A stretch of DNA of 64,000 nucleotides from Dysgonamonadaceae bacterium (GCA_031289145.1 JAITQA010000146.1:14072-78071); one strand, 5' to 3'; counted from the first letter of the stretch, positions 30,425 to 40,804 are shown. The notes: a model not told the origin generated them from the letters alone. Translations and numbers: made by a program.

Positions 30425-30568
30425 AAAGATAATCATTTTTTAATTAATAACCATATTGCAAGCAATTTTTACCTGCAAATCGCCCGGTTTTTCAGCGTGC
30501 ACTCAAAAAAATCGTTTGATGATGCAAAGGTATCTTTGTTTGTATTTGAATATCCCGTATCTTAGCGA

Positions 30569-31672
30569 TTAAAAACGAAGAAAATACCTGTCCAACAACT
30601 GTTTGGCTGCGGTAAAGGAACTCAACTCCGAACGCAAAACCTGCGATTCTTTCACCGACAGCTCGTCGATAATTGAGGGCGATTGGTAAAAATGGTTTTT
30701 CAGTTGCTCGTTAATGCTTTCGTACATCCAGTATTTGGATTGGGAATTTCTCCGGCACTCGAAATAGGCGCTCTGTTTGGTAAAAGCCATGTATTCGTCG
30801 ACCATGTCCCAAATTTCGGTGATGCCGGTTTTGTAATACCCAGAATAAGTCAGTACCTTCGGGCTCCATCCTGAATCCGGTAAAGGAAACAAATGCAAAG
30901 CATTGCGGTACTGGGCTGCTGCCAGATTCGCCTTTTCGATATTACTGCCGTCGGCCTTGTTGACAATGATTCCGTCGGCCATTTCCATAATTCCCCGTTT
31001 GATACCCTGCAATTCATCGCCGGTACCGGCTAATTGTATCAGGAGGAAAAAGTCGACCATCGAGTGCACAGCCGTTTCCGACTGTCCCACCCCGACCGTT
31101 TCTACAAAAATGGTATCAAAACCGGCAGCTTCGCATAAAATAATGGTTTCCCGTGTTTTCCGGGCGACGCCACCCAATGACCCGGCTGTCGGAGAAGGCC
31201 GTATAAAAGCATCCGACTCGCGTGAGAGTTCTTCCATCCGGGTTTTATCGCCCAATATACTTCCCTTGGAGCGTTCGCTGCTCGGATCGATGGCAAGGAC
31301 AGCCAATTTTCGGTTACGTTGGTGAATCAAATGTACGCCGAAAGCATCAATAGAAGTACTTTTCCCCGCCCCCGGAACACCTGTGATACCTATCCGGACG
31401 GAATTGCCGGAATATGGCAGGCATTTTTCTATCACCTCCCGGGCAACGGATTGGTGTTCGTTTTTCTGACTTTCCAACAAGGTGACAGCTTGACTCAAGA
31501 CCGTGATATTCCCTTTCAGAATTTGTTCTACATATTCCGAAAGAGAATAATTGCGCCGCTTCTTTCTTCCGCTCAGATAAGGGTTGACAAGTGGCGGCTG
31601 ATTGATACCCTGATTCACTGTAAGCCCTTTATATTGCGGATCATTTTCAGGATGGTGTTGTATATTGTTCAT
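30569..31672 (-). CDS. meaB: Methylmalonyl-CoA mutase-associated GTPase MeaB
   Basis: GITGVPGAGKST, LAIDPSSERSKGSILGDKTRM, VETVGVGQSE, GDELQGIKRGIME, NKAD. Confidence 0.95.
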   Translation of the reverse strand: MNNIQHHPENDPQYKGLTVNQGINQPPLVNPYLSGRKKRRNYSLSEYVEQILKGNITVLSQAVTLLESQKNEHQSVAREVIEKCLPYSGNSVRIGITGVPGAGKSTSIDAFGVHLIHQRNRKLAVLAIDPSSERSKGSILGDKTRMEELSRESDAFIRPSPTAGSLGGVARKTRETIILCEAAGFDTIFVETVGVGQSETAVHSMVDFFLLIQLAGTGDELQGIKRGIMEMADGIIVNKADGSNIEKANLAAAQYRNALHLFPLPDSGWSPKVLTYSGYYKTGITEIWDMVDEYMAFTKQSAYFECRRNSQSKYWMYESINEQLKNHFYQSPSIIDELSVKESQVLRSELSSFTAAKQLLDRYFLRF

Positions 31673-31705
31673 TCAAGAGTGGACAAAATTTATGGCAAAC
31701 AAATC

Positions 31706-32770
31706 TCAAGACTTTGCTATAATCGTTACATTATAAAGAGGGATCGAGGGATCGTCGGAAACAATGGTAATCGTGGACGAAAGCGCCGATTTCAGCATTG
31801 TTTCATTGACGGTTATGGTCACACCCTCTATTTCTCCCGGATTCACGCTGAATTGTTTTTTCGAAACAGTAATCAGGGGATTAGACAGCTGAATATTTCT
31901 GATATTCAATTGGGTTTTTCCGGAATTGGATATTTTAATAGTCCTGCTATTTCCTTTGCTGAAATTACCGAAATCAATCTGGGAAAAATTGACATTAATC
32001 CTTCCGGAGTTCACTCTTTTTTCCGGCAACCATTTTTCAAAATTATCTAAAATGGTTGCAGAATAAGGGAAAGCGCAGGATACACCATTGATGAGGAGAT
32101 TTATTTCTCCTTGCAGGTTTCCATAGAGACCGGCAACTTTGGTATCAAGCGTCACCTCAACTACAGCTTCTTTTTTCGCAGGAACGGCTGCTTCACTAAA
32201 CTTTACCGTAATATATTTGGGGAGTTTTTGCACTTTCTGGGCAATCGGTTTGTCCGATTTATTAAAGACTTCCAAATGAAGGGTTTTAAGCTCACCCGCT
32301 CCGACTCTGTCAAAATTCAAAGTTTTGGTTTTCAAGGCATAATCACCAAATGCTTCTACATAATCTCTGCTGGGCAATTGTGTTCCGCCAACAGAGACGC
32401 CATTTACGACCTCTCCTTTTATCTGTAAAGTCACAGGATTACTCAAATTCGTATATACCGTAATGCTTTTTGAGAAAGAAGCAACTCCCGTCGGACTGTA
32501 CACAGCTGTTATTGTTCCGGTTTTACCGGGTTCTATAGGCTCTTTTGTCCACGAAGGAGTAGTACATCCGCAAGAAGCCTTAACGTCTGATATCACCAAA
32601 GGTGCATCCGATTTATTGGTTACAACAAAATTGCAGGATACTTTCCCGTCTTTGTACCCGATAACACCGAAATCATGTACCATTTCGTTAAAACTTATTT
32701 TTTCATTTTGTGCAAAAGCGATGCATAAACTTAACATAAAACATGTTACAACAAGACCAATCTTTTTCAT
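31706..32770 (-). CDS. DUF1573 domain-containing Ig-like protein
   Basis: Signal peptide from ATG 32770 (MKKIGLVV); VKASCGCTTP and FSKSITVYTN motifs; repeated Ig-like modules; usual neighbour of meaB in Bacteroidales. Confidence 0.85.
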   Translation of the reverse strand: MKKIGLVVTCFMLSLCIAFAQNEKISFNEMVHDFGVIGYKDGKVSCNFVVTNKSDAPLVISDVKASCGCTTPSWTKEPIEPGKTGTITAVYSPTGVASFSKSITVYTNLSNPVTLQIKGEVVNGVSVGGTQLPSRDYVEAFGDYALKTKTLNFDRVGAGELKTLHLEVFNKSDKPIAQKVQKLPKYITVKFSEAAVPAKKEAVVEVTLDTKVAGLYGNLQGEINLLINGVSCAFPYSATILDNFEKWLPEKRVNSGRINVNFSQIDFGNFSKGNSRTIKISNSGKTQLNIRNIQLSNPLITVSKKQFSVNPGEIEGVTITVNETMLKSALSSTITIVSDDPSIPLYNVTIIAKS

Positions 32771-32807
32771 TATTTTATTTCTGATTAAAAATTTTACTAT
32801 TTGCGTA

Positions 32808-32928
32808 CAAAGGTAAAAAAATAATGTAAAATGATGATTATAGTTGTGGAATAATTTTTCATTCATCCTAAAAAAGGAGGTAAATTTTCAATACATATTT
32901 GTACAAACGAAAAAAAACACTACCTTTG
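32808..32928. promoter_or_regulatory. Back-to-back promoters for DUF1573 and rsfS-ftsH-cdsA
   Basis: CAAAGGTA 32808-32815 (minus-strand TACCTTTG) and TACCTTTG 32921-32928 (plus). Confidence 0.5.
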
Positions 32929-33022
32929 TAAGTCGCAATACAGGCTGGAATGTTAATAGGTATAACTAATGATATGTATTAAAAATATTCCGGTTAGCAA
33001 ACAGAAACGAAAATTTATTTAA

Positions 33023-33382
33023 ATGAGTGAAACAGAAATTTTGGTAAACACAATTATTGAAGCATTACAAGAAAAAAAAGGGAAACGGATTATAACAATG
33101 GATTTGTCTGTATTAGAAGGCGCCATTTGTCAATATTTTATTATATGTCAAGGTAATACACCGACACAAGTTTCAGCGCTGTCTGATTCTGTCTGGGATG
33201 TAGTTTACGAACAATTGCATGAGAAACCGCTGGGCGCTGTCGGAATGCGTGAAGCCCAGTGGGTAGCCATGGACTACGGGTCGGTGATATTACATATCTT
33301 TATTCCCGAACTCAGAGCGTATTATAACTTAGAAAATTTGTGGGCGGATGCCGACACAACAGAAATACCAGATATTTTATGA
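33023..33382 (+). CDS. rsfS: Ribosome silencing factor
   Basis: ALQEKKG, YFIICQG, WVAMDYGSVILHIF, RAYYNLENLW. Confidence 0.93.
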   Translation: MSETEILVNTIIEALQEKKGKRIITMDLSVLEGAICQYFIICQGNTPTQVSALSDSVWDVVYEQLHEKPLGAVGMREAQWVAMDYGSVILHIFIPELRAYYNLENLWADADTTEIPDIL

Positions 33383-35412
33383 GCGAAGAAAAAGACAAGA
33401 ACAAAAACAATAAACCGGGAAACACGGGTCCTAACAACAATAAACCTTTCAAATTCAACATGGGTTGGATGTATGGTTTAATTATCCTCATGTTAATGGG
33501 CGTTTTTTTTACGAACACGAACTCCGGTTCCAATAAAGAATTAGGGTGGACGGAATTTAAAAAATACGCTGAAGAAAATTCCTTTAGCAAAATGGCTGTC
33601 AATCTGTCGGAAAGGAAAGTTGTGGCAACTATCAAGCCCGAACTTGTTCCGGCCATTCTGGGTGCAACCACGGATACTTTCGCCATTAAAAATCCGTTTA
33701 AAAAAAGTGGAGAGGCTACCGTAACCGTCATTATCCCTTCTGTGGACAAATTTACCGATTACTACAACAATTTGGTGGTAAGCAAAGAAATAGACGCTAC
33801 CATCAGTTACAACGAAGGCAATAGCTTGCTATGGACTATTGTGATACAGGTGTTACCCATTGTAATCATTGTTTTTATATGGATTTACCTGTTTCGACGA
33901 ATGTCGGGCGGAGGCTCCGGCGGGCCGTTCGGCGTCGGCAAGACGAAAGCCCAGTTGTACGACAAATCATCTACACAATCCAAAAAGGTAACCTTCAAGG
34001 ATGTAGCCGGCTTGTCCGAAGCCAAACAGGAGGTGGAAGAAATTGTTGATTTTCTCAAAAATCCTGCAAAATATACCGACTTGGGCGCGAAAATTCCCAA
34101 AGGGGCGCTTTTGGTAGGCCCTCCGGGAACGGGGAAAACGCTGTTGGCTAAAGCCGTAGCCGGCGAGGCCGACGTTCCTTTCTTTTCGCTTTCCGGTTCG
34201 GATTTTGTAGAGATGTTTGTGGGAGTAGGCGCTTCCCGTGTACGTGATTTGTTCCGTCAGGCGAAAGAAAAAGCGCCTTGTATTGTCTTTATTGATGAAA
34301 TTGATGCGGTAGGACGCGCCAGAGGAAGAAATCCGAGCATGGGCGCTAACGATGAAAGAGAAAATACATTGAACCAGTTGTTGACCGAAATGGACGGATT
34401 CGGCTCAAACAGCGGAGTCATCATATTGGCCGCCACCAACAGGGTGGATATTTTGGACAAAGCTTTGTTGCGCGCCGGACGGTTCGACCGGCAAATCAAT
34501 GTGGATTTACCGGAACTGAACGACCGGAAAGAGATTTTCTTAGTGCATCTGCGGGATATCAAAATAGATGAATCGGTAGACACTGAGTTTATGGCTCGCC
34601 AAACACCGGGATTTTCGGGAGCTGATATTGCCAATGTATGTAACGAAGCGGCATTGATTGCGGCACGTAACGGCAAGGAATTTGTGCAAAAAGATGACTT
34701 TATGAATGCCGTAGACCGGATTGTGGGCGGTTTGGAAAAAAAATCAAAAGTAACAACCGTAGAAGAACGCCGAACAATCGCTATCCACGAAGGCGGTCAT
34801 GCGACACTCAGTTGGATGTTGGAATATGCCAATCCTTTGGTAAAAGTGACCATCGTCCCCCGCGGAAAAGCATTAGGCGCTGCCTGGTATATGCCGGAAG
34901 AAAGGCAAATTACTACATATCAACAACTTCAGGACGAAATGTGCGCTACTTTAGGTGGACGGGCTGCTGAAGAATTGGTTTTGGGCAGGATTTCCACCGG
35001 GGCCTACAACGACTTGGAAAGGGTTACCAAACAGGCTTATGCCATGGTGGTTTACTACGGAATGAGTAATCTCTTGCCGAATCTGAACTATTACGACGCC
35101 AGCGGGCAAGACTGGGGATTCACAAAACCTTATAGTGACGAGACCGCAACACTGATAGATTCGGAAGTCAAACGCATCATAAACGAACAATATGCCCGAG
35201 CGCGGGCAATTCTGACCGAATGTAGTGTTCAACACCTGGCTTTGGCGGAGCTATTGCTTGAAAAAGAAGTTATTTACGCCGACGATTTGGAAAAAATATT
35301 CGGCAAACGGAAATGGCTTTCCCGTTCTCAAGAAATATTAGCCCAACAGGGACTGACCGACCAGGAAGAGACCGCTGTAGAAAAAACAGTAGATTCTGAG
35401 AAAGAAAAGTAG
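33379..35412 (+). CDS. ftsH: ATP-dependent zinc metalloprotease FtsH
   Basis: Two TM helices, [51 protein letters not shown] zinc site; start ATG 33379 overlaps the rsfS stop. Confidence 0.97.
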   Translation: MSEEKDKNKNNKPGNTGPNNNKPFKFNMGWMYGLIILMLMGVFFTNTNSGSNKELGWTEFKKYAEENSFSKMAVNLSERKVVATIKPELVPAILGATTDTFAIKNPFKKSGEATVTVIIPSVDKFTDYYNNLVVSKEIDATISYNEGNSLLWTIVIQVLPIVIIVFIWIYLFRRMSGGGSGGPFGVGKTKAQLYDKSSTQSKKVTFKDVAGLSEAKQEVEEIVDFLKNPAKYTDLGAKIPKGALLVGPPGTGKTLLAKAVAGEADVPFFSLSGSDFVEMFVGVGASRVRDLFRQAKEKAPCIVFIDEIDAVGRARGRNPSMGANDERENTLNQLLTEMDGFGSNSGVIILAATNRVDILDKALLRAGRFDRQINVDLPELNDRKEIFLVHLRDIKIDESVDTEFMARQTPGFSGADIANVCNEAALIAARNGKEFVQKDDFMNAVDRIVGGLEKKSKVTTVEERRTIAIHEGGHATLSWMLEYANPLVKVTIVPRGKALGAAWYMPEERQITTYQQLQDEMCATLGGRAAEELVLGRISTGAYNDLERVTKQAYAMVVYYGMSNLLPNLNYYDASGQDWGFTKPYSDETATLIDSEVKRIINEQYARARAILTECSVQHLALAELLLEKEVIYADDLEKIFGKRKWLSRSQEILAQQGLTDQEETAVEKTVDSEKEK

Positions 35413-35425
35413 TAATGAAGCTGAA

Positions 35426-36256
35426 ATGAAGAATTTCTTTGCAAGATTATTCACGGGTACTATTTACGTAGCATTTATATGTTGCGGAATAATGGTGAAT
35501 GCTTATACATTTTTCGCTCTTTTCTCTATTGTTATACTGCTGTGTTTATGGGAGTTTTACGGATTGGTAAACGCACAAAAAAGGACAAGGATAAACCCTT
35601 GGTATAATTGTTTCGGAGGGTTTGTACTTTTCTTGAGTACTTTTCTGTATGCTTCGGGCGTTTTCGATTATTTCATCTTTTTTATCTACCTGTTTTACCT
35701 CGTAATCCTGTATGTATCGGAATTGTATGAAAAACAGCAAGACCCGATTACACACATGGCTTATATCTTTTTGGGTCAGTGCTATATAGCTTTACCGGTA
35801 TCTGTGCTGAATCTGATTGCATTTTCAGGCATAGTCGACGGTACGCCTGTTTATAATCCGCTTTTAATCACTTCTTTATTTATTTTTATCTGGGCAAACG
35901 ACACCGGCGCCTACCTGATAGGAATTTTAATCGGTAAACACAAGCTTTTTGAACGCATTTCTCCCAAAAAATCATGGGAAGGCTTTTTTGGGGGCTTACT
36001 GTTTACCCTTGCCGCCTCTTTGGTTTTCGCCTGTTTCGACAAGGAAATTCCCTGGTATCACTGGACCGGTTTATCCTTGGGAGTTGTAATTTTCGGCACC
36101 TGGGGCGACTTGATTGAATCCCTGATAAAACGGACTTTGGAAGTGAAAGACTCCGGACAGGCCTTGCCCGGCCACGGGGGATTTTTAGACCGTTTCGACA
36201 GTCTGCTTCTGGCTGTTTATGCCATGCTTTTCTATGTGCAGTTGTTTTTTGTCTGA
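35426..36256 (+). CDS. cdsA: Phosphatidate cytidylyltransferase
   Basis: WANDTGAY, RISPKKSWEG, KDSGQALPGHGGFLDRFDS. Confidence 0.95.
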   Translation: MKNFFARLFTGTIYVAFICCGIMVNAYTFFALFSIVILLCLWEFYGLVNAQKRTRINPWYNCFGGFVLFLSTFLYASGVFDYFIFFIYLFYLVILYVSELYEKQQDPITHMAYIFLGQCYIALPVSVLNLIAFSGIVDGTPVYNPLLITSLFIFIWANDTGAYLIGILIGKHKLFERISPKKSWEGFFGGLLFTLAASLVFACFDKEIPWYHWTGLSLGVVIFGTWGDLIESLIKRTLEVKDSGQALPGHGGFLDRFDSLLLAVYAMLFYVQLFFV

Positions 36257-36552
36257 TAAATATGCTTACAGTGGCGTAAAAAAATAAGCCTGTCCGTTAA
36301 TAAAGTACCGTCCGCGCAGGACTGCAAGAAGATGGGAAACTTTAGACAATTTATTTCGTAAAATAATAGCACCTCAAAAAAAAATTAGCCAAATTTATTC
36401 CGTTTTGTCTTTATCTCAAAATATTGTATTAAATTTGTATTCAAATGAAAATAATTAGCGCTCATGGTATAAATAATAAAAAAACATAGTAAAAATGCAG
36501 ATATTTAGATAGGTAGTTAAATAAATATTATCTTGTATCTTTCTTCCTTGAA

Positions 36553-36684
36553 GTTTGACGATTTTGGGACACTGAAAGAAATAAGTATGACGTTCACGTT
36601 TAAGGCGTGGACTTAACTTATTTGCTGTGTCAGGTTTCGTCAAACACCTAAGGAAGCGGGTATTTTAAGTATCACGCTTTTTTT
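36553..36684 (+). promoter_or_regulatory. Structured leader: 9-bp inverted repeat, short uORF and terminator-like hairpin
   Basis: GTTTGACGA 36553-36561 pairs with TCGTCAAAC 36637-36645; uORF MTFTFKAWT* 36587-36616; hairpin AAGCG-GGTATT/AGTATC-A-CGCTT 36654-36679 followed by a T run; TAAATTTG promoter box at 36430-36437. Confidence 0.5.
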
Positions 36685-36721
36685 ATTGATATATGGCAGA
36701 AATATAAAAACAATTGATCAC

Positions 36722-37099
36722 ATGGAAAATAGCGAATTGCTCCGGCATATATTCCAATTAGAATCTAAACTATTTAAAAAGACAGAAATATTCCAAATAA
36801 TTGAGTTGAAAGCAGAAAAAAAATGCTTGATTGAAAACGAGCGACAACAATTACGCATGGAAATCCAGTCTGTTTTTATAAATTTTATTCAAACAATCAA
36901 GATAAATTGTCCGGAGATAACAGATGAAGATATTATATTTTGTTGCTTGGTAAAGACCGGATTAAATACTTCCGTCATTTCCTGTTGCATGGGAAATGCA
37001 GACAATAAAGCAGCAAATCAAAGAAAATACCGCATTAAAAAAAAGATTATGAAAGCAAAATGCGATTCTCTTTTCGACCAAATTTTCAATTGCACTTAA
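36722..37099 (+). CDS. Stand-alone LuxR-like C-terminal HTH protein
   Basis: CPEITDEDIIFCCLVKTGL...AANQRKYRIKKK resembles the C-terminal HTH module of Bacteroidota TPR/LuxR-type regulators; no sensor domain; ATG 36722 preferred over TTG 36686. Confidence 0.6.
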   Translation: MENSELLRHIFQLESKLFKKTEIFQIIELKAEKKCLIENERQQLRMEIQSVFINFIQTIKINCPEITDEDIIFCCLVKTGLNTSVISCCMGNADNKAANQRKYRIKKKIMKAKCDSLFDQIFNCT

Positions 37100-39357
37100 T
37101 CCTTTTTCTTTTCTTGTGCAATGATTTCGATAGCTTTTTCCAATACCTCGTCGCGTCCTTCCCGAATCCCCTTAATGGTCGGATTCACTTCAATATCCGG
37201 GATAATACCTACCCTTTGTGTTTCTCTGCCATCGGGATAATAAACGCCAATGCCGGAAATACTTGTACTTAATCCGCCGGGAAGCGTTATTTCGGAAACA
37301 TTTCCATCTGCACCGGCGGTTGTACTGCCAATAACGGTGGTATTATCGCCTGCTTGAAATGCCATTGCAGTATATTCGGATTGACTTATTGTAAATTCAT
37401 TCACAAGTACCACTAATTTTCCCCGGTAAGTTTCTTCCGGCTTAGGAATTTCGAGGTCTTGTGTAAAAGTAAATTCACCCGGATTATTCGCATTCCCTCG
37501 TGTAAATTTAACAAAAGGAGTGGGCGCTGATACAAAATAAGAACCTAAGCTAAACGGAACGAAAGTAGCCGGATAATTGCGAATGTCAATGATAATTCCC
37601 TTAGTATTCTTAAATTCTTTTTTGATAATTGGAATATCTGCATTTTTAATAGATTCCAAGGTAATATAACCGATATTTTCGTTTAAAAATTTATAACATT
37701 TAGCGTAATTCTTTTTATACCGAATCAATTTTCGGTTATATAAGCAAGTCAGTTCTTTCTCTTCTTTTCGTTTGGAATTAGAAGATATATAATTGATATG
37801 AATCCTGTCGCTGTTCGAGCGCAGTAGGTCATTGGCAATATTTCTCATTCTTGCTGCCTCATTTGATGCCGGATAATATTTTTTGATACTGTCAACAATA
37901 GACTCAACGGGTTGTGTATTAATATGGGTAATAATGTCGCCGATTTCCAATCCGGTTTTTTTTCGTATTTTAGCATAGCTATGGACAATTCCTTCAACTT
38001 GGCGATAATCTTTTACGACCCATTTGTTTTCAATCCATTGGAGTTGAACGGGAACCCGCTTGTTTCCTCTTAAAGAATCTATTTTATCATCGCCGTTTTC
38101 CAGGCCGGCATGTGTATCACAGACTGCTCCTATCAGTTGTGTAACAGCGAATTCATATTCCAATTCGTTTTTTGCCGCAATAAATAGCGGGATATATTCT
38201 TTCAAAACCGTATTCCAATCTTTATCTGTCTGATATTTATAGGGGAAAAAATAGTGAATCATGTTCCAATACCGATAAAGCGCCAATAAGCGGAATCCGG
38301 CATCGGGATAAGGCATTTCGGGGTAGTCATTTTCGTGCAGAAACATTGGATTCCCGACATAAGCTGCCGAATGTATATAATAATGGCTACCTTGCTGTCT
38401 GTTCAAATAAATGTTTTGCAATAAAGCCCTTAACTTTCGGTTCATCGTACTATTGTCTATCCAGGATAAATCAGGTTTTAAAAAAGCGCTGTCAGGCGTT
38501 GCCGTACAGGTTTTACAGGCAGGAACATTTCCGTATTTCTTAATCCAATTCAAAAGTATCCTGTCCCGTCGGTTTGTATCATTTATTTTTAAATAATCGG
38601 GAAGTATCCGGAACAGTTCGTAATCCCAATTGTATTTTCCAGCTGCAATTGCCGGGTGATGATATTTTAAAAATCCCCAGATTCTTCCCAATAATTCCAA
38701 ATCAGAAATCTTTTGTTCATCAAGTTCCGGAAAAACAATCTTAGAGCCGGAGTCAAATTTTTTATCTTTTTCGGCAGGTAAAACTTTCGGTTTATAGGGT
38801 TTTAGATTTTGTATATCTTTATCATCAATCGTTATTTTCAAATCGTCTATCCACATTTTGCCTTTCCCGGATAAATGACCTCCCACTACAATTTTTTCTG
38901 TTATGGCAGGATATAAATCCGCCCTTATCTCAAATTTTTTCCATTCGTTTGTGCCTGTCAGCTTCTCCTGCTCCATGTCATTATATGCAACAGAAGGAAG
39001 TATTGCCATCCATAATCCGGCATAACCTTCCGTCACATTTTCGGTTTTAATATATCCGGATAGGGTAATTTGCTTTCCGCCATAATCATGAGGAAGCGTG
39101 AATGCTAAACTATTATCAATCAGCATATTTCCTTTTGATTCGATGACAACAGCGTATTTTCCGCTTTTGACTTCTATTGAATCCAAAGAGATCGTATTGA
39201 TTAAACCATTGTCACTTATTTTCCATCCGACGGGGAATCCATTGTCAATTTTTTCAAAATCCAAGTTAAACTTGCTGTCGGAATCCTTATTTTGGCGACA
39301 AGCTACTAATAAAATCGTTATAACAATGATTGTGAAAATTAAATGCTTTGTCTTCAT
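37096..39357 (-). CDS. S41 family peptidase lipoprotein (N-terminal accessory domain, PDZ-like domain, S41 catalytic domain)
   Basis: Lipobox LLVAC; LGRIWGFLKYHHP, RLLALYRYWNMIHYFFPYK, PDZ-like LEIGDIITHIN, IIDIRNYP, TISQSEY (catalytic Ser motif), TAGADGN, GIIPDIEV; convergent with the HTH gene, stops sharing TTAA. Confidence 0.9.
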   Translation of the reverse strand: MKTKHLIFTIIVITILLVACRQNKDSDSKFNLDFEKIDNGFPVGWKISDNGLINTISLDSIEVKSGKYAVVIESKGNMLIDNSLAFTLPHDYGGKQITLSGYIKTENVTEGYAGLWMAILPSVAYNDMEQEKLTGTNEWKKFEIRADLYPAITEKIVVGGHLSGKGKMWIDDLKITIDDKDIQNLKPYKPKVLPAEKDKKFDSGSKIVFPELDEQKISDLELLGRIWGFLKYHHPAIAAGKYNWDYELFRILPDYLKINDTNRRDRILLNWIKKYGNVPACKTCTATPDSAFLKPDLSWIDNSTMNRKLRALLQNIYLNRQQGSHYYIHSAAYVGNPMFLHENDYPEMPYPDAGFRLLALYRYWNMIHYFFPYKYQTDKDWNTVLKEYIPLFIAAKNELEYEFAVTQLIGAVCDTHAGLENGDDKIDSLRGNKRVPVQLQWIENKWVVKDYRQVEGIVHSYAKIRKKTGLEIGDIITHINTQPVESIVDSIKKYYPASNEAARMRNIANDLLRSNSDRIHINYISSNSKRKEEKELTCLYNRKLIRYKKNYAKCYKFLNENIGYITLESIKNADIPIIKKEFKNTKGIIIDIRNYPATFVPFSLGSYFVSAPTPFVKFTRGNANNPGEFTFTQDLEIPKPEETYRGKLVVLVNEFTISQSEYTAMAFQAGDNTTVIGSTTAGADGNVSEITLPGGLSTSISGIGVYYPDGRETQRVGIIPDIEVNPTIKGIREGRDEVLEKAIEIIAQEKKKD

Positions 39358-39388
39358 AATTGCTTTTTTTTACCATTGAATCAGGTTG

Positions 39389-39532
39389 CAAATATAAGCA
39401 ATAAATGATATAAAATCCAATGCTAAACAAAATTGTTATTGCGTAAAATGTAACCAACTGATTATTAATGTCGGGAAACGTATTATTGTTATTAAAAATA
39501 TTTGGAACTTTGTTTTTTAGCAACTAATTTTG
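39389..39532. promoter_or_regulatory. Divergent promoters for the S41 gene and the lan operon
   Basis: Plus strand: TTTG 39501-39504, 20 nt, TAATTTTG 39525-39532 (consensus spacing). Minus strand: TATATTTG (plus CAAATATA 39389-39396). Confidence 0.6.
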
Positions 39533-39564
39533 TCAACAGGAATGAAAACAGTAAAATTTTCAAT

Positions 39565-40749
39565 ATGGACACCGTCATCAAACAAAAAATTGACTCAATA
39601 GCCAATTGTATTGTAGACAAAGTTTACGCGCAACAGGCCGGAGAATCCTACGGATTATATTCCGGAGAGTGGGGAATATTATTGTTTTTGTTTTATTATT
39701 CAAAGTATTCCGAAAATAAGCAGTATGCTGAATTGGCTGAGTCTTTTGCAGAAACATTATTTGCTCAATTTCCTGAAAAACTCGAATCCCATACTTTTTG
39801 CAATGGTCTTTCCGGCGTTTTATATTTGTTTGAATTTTTGCGTGAAAATCAGTTTATAGATATAAGCGCCGGTCAATCGAATGTAAATGATTATCTTGTT
39901 TTCAAAATGCGGCAGGATATCAGACAACAACATTATGATTTCATGCATGGCGCTTTGGGTGTAGGTTTGTATTTTCTGAAAAAGAAAACCAATACGAAAT
40001 ATGTACAAGAATTAGTCGATTTTTTATACAACACGGCAGAAAAAGATACAGATAATCAAATATTTAAGTGGAAATCTGTCATTGATATAAAAGAAAATAT
40101 TACAGGGTATAATATAGCGCTATCTCATGGAATTTCCAGTATTATTATTTTTTTATCACGGGTCATTAAAAGCGATATGACAGATAAAAAAGTCCATGAG
40201 ATGTTGGTTGGCGCTGTAAATTATGTTTTATCACAGCAACTTGATGTTTTACAATTTGGGGCAAACTTTCCTCAGTGCTCTGTTGAAGGAAACAACTTTC
40301 CTATTAAAAAAAGTCGATTGGCCTGGTGCTACGGTGACTTAGGGATAGGAATCGCATTGTGGCAAGCAGGAAAAGCAATTAATAAAATAGAATGGGGAAA
40401 TAAAGGATTAGCAGTTCTACTTCAAACTACTCAGCGTTTGTCTTTACCTGAAACTTATGTACAAGAGGCCGGAATTTGCCATGGAAGCGCCGGAATAGCG
40501 ATGATATATTATCGTATGTTTCTCGAAACGCAACGAGATGAATTTAACAAAACTACTCAATACTGGATGAAACAAACGTTAAATTTTGCGCAATTTGAAG
40601 ATGGATTAGCCGGATATAAGGCATTGACCGAAGATGGGTGGAAATGTAATTATTCGCTACTGACAGGTATATCCGGTATCGGACTTGTATTAATGTCTTT
40701 TGTTGCAAATACTCAACAAAAGTGGGATGAATTATTTTTATTGTTATAA
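39565..40749 (+). CDS. lanC: Lanthionine cyclase LanC
   Basis: YNIALSHG (catalytic His), KSRLAWCYGDLG (Arg and Zn-Cys), GICHGSAG (Zn Cys-His), DFMHGALG, LLTGISGIGL; ATG 39565 lies just downstream of the promoter. Confidence 0.93.
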   Translation: MDTVIKQKIDSIANCIVDKVYAQQAGESYGLYSGEWGILLFLFYYSKYSENKQYAELAESFAETLFAQFPEKLESHTFCNGLSGVLYLFEFLRENQFIDISAGQSNVNDYLVFKMRQDIRQQHYDFMHGALGVGLYFLKKKTNTKYVQELVDFLYNTAEKDTDNQIFKWKSVIDIKENITGYNIALSHGISSIIIFLSRVIKSDMTDKKVHEMLVGAVNYVLSQQLDVLQFGANFPQCSVEGNNFPIKKSRLAWCYGDLGIGIALWQAGKAINKIEWGNKGLAVLLQTTQRLSLPETYVQEAGICHGSAGIAMIYYRMFLETQRDEFNKTTQYWMKQTLNFAQFEDGLAGYKALTEDGWKCNYSLLTGISGIGLVLMSFVANTQQKWDELFLLL

Positions 40750-40804
40750 ATAAAAAAATAGAGAGTTAGTTAAAAATTTATGTATCATTTAAATTCAATT
40801 TAAA

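Noticed and set aside
32771-32866. N-terminal extensions given by the ORF track (DUF1573 here; also lanC 39502, ftsH 33340, MNT 59908, ruvA 44331)
   Set aside because: The extensions run through promoter boxes or upstream genes; downstream ATGs give proper signal peptides or family N-termini.
36455-36643. 62-aa minus-strand ORF as a real protein
   Set aside because: It overlaps the inverted repeat/hairpin element and AT-rich promoter DNA and has no recognisable domain; treated as a by-product of the element, though not excluded.
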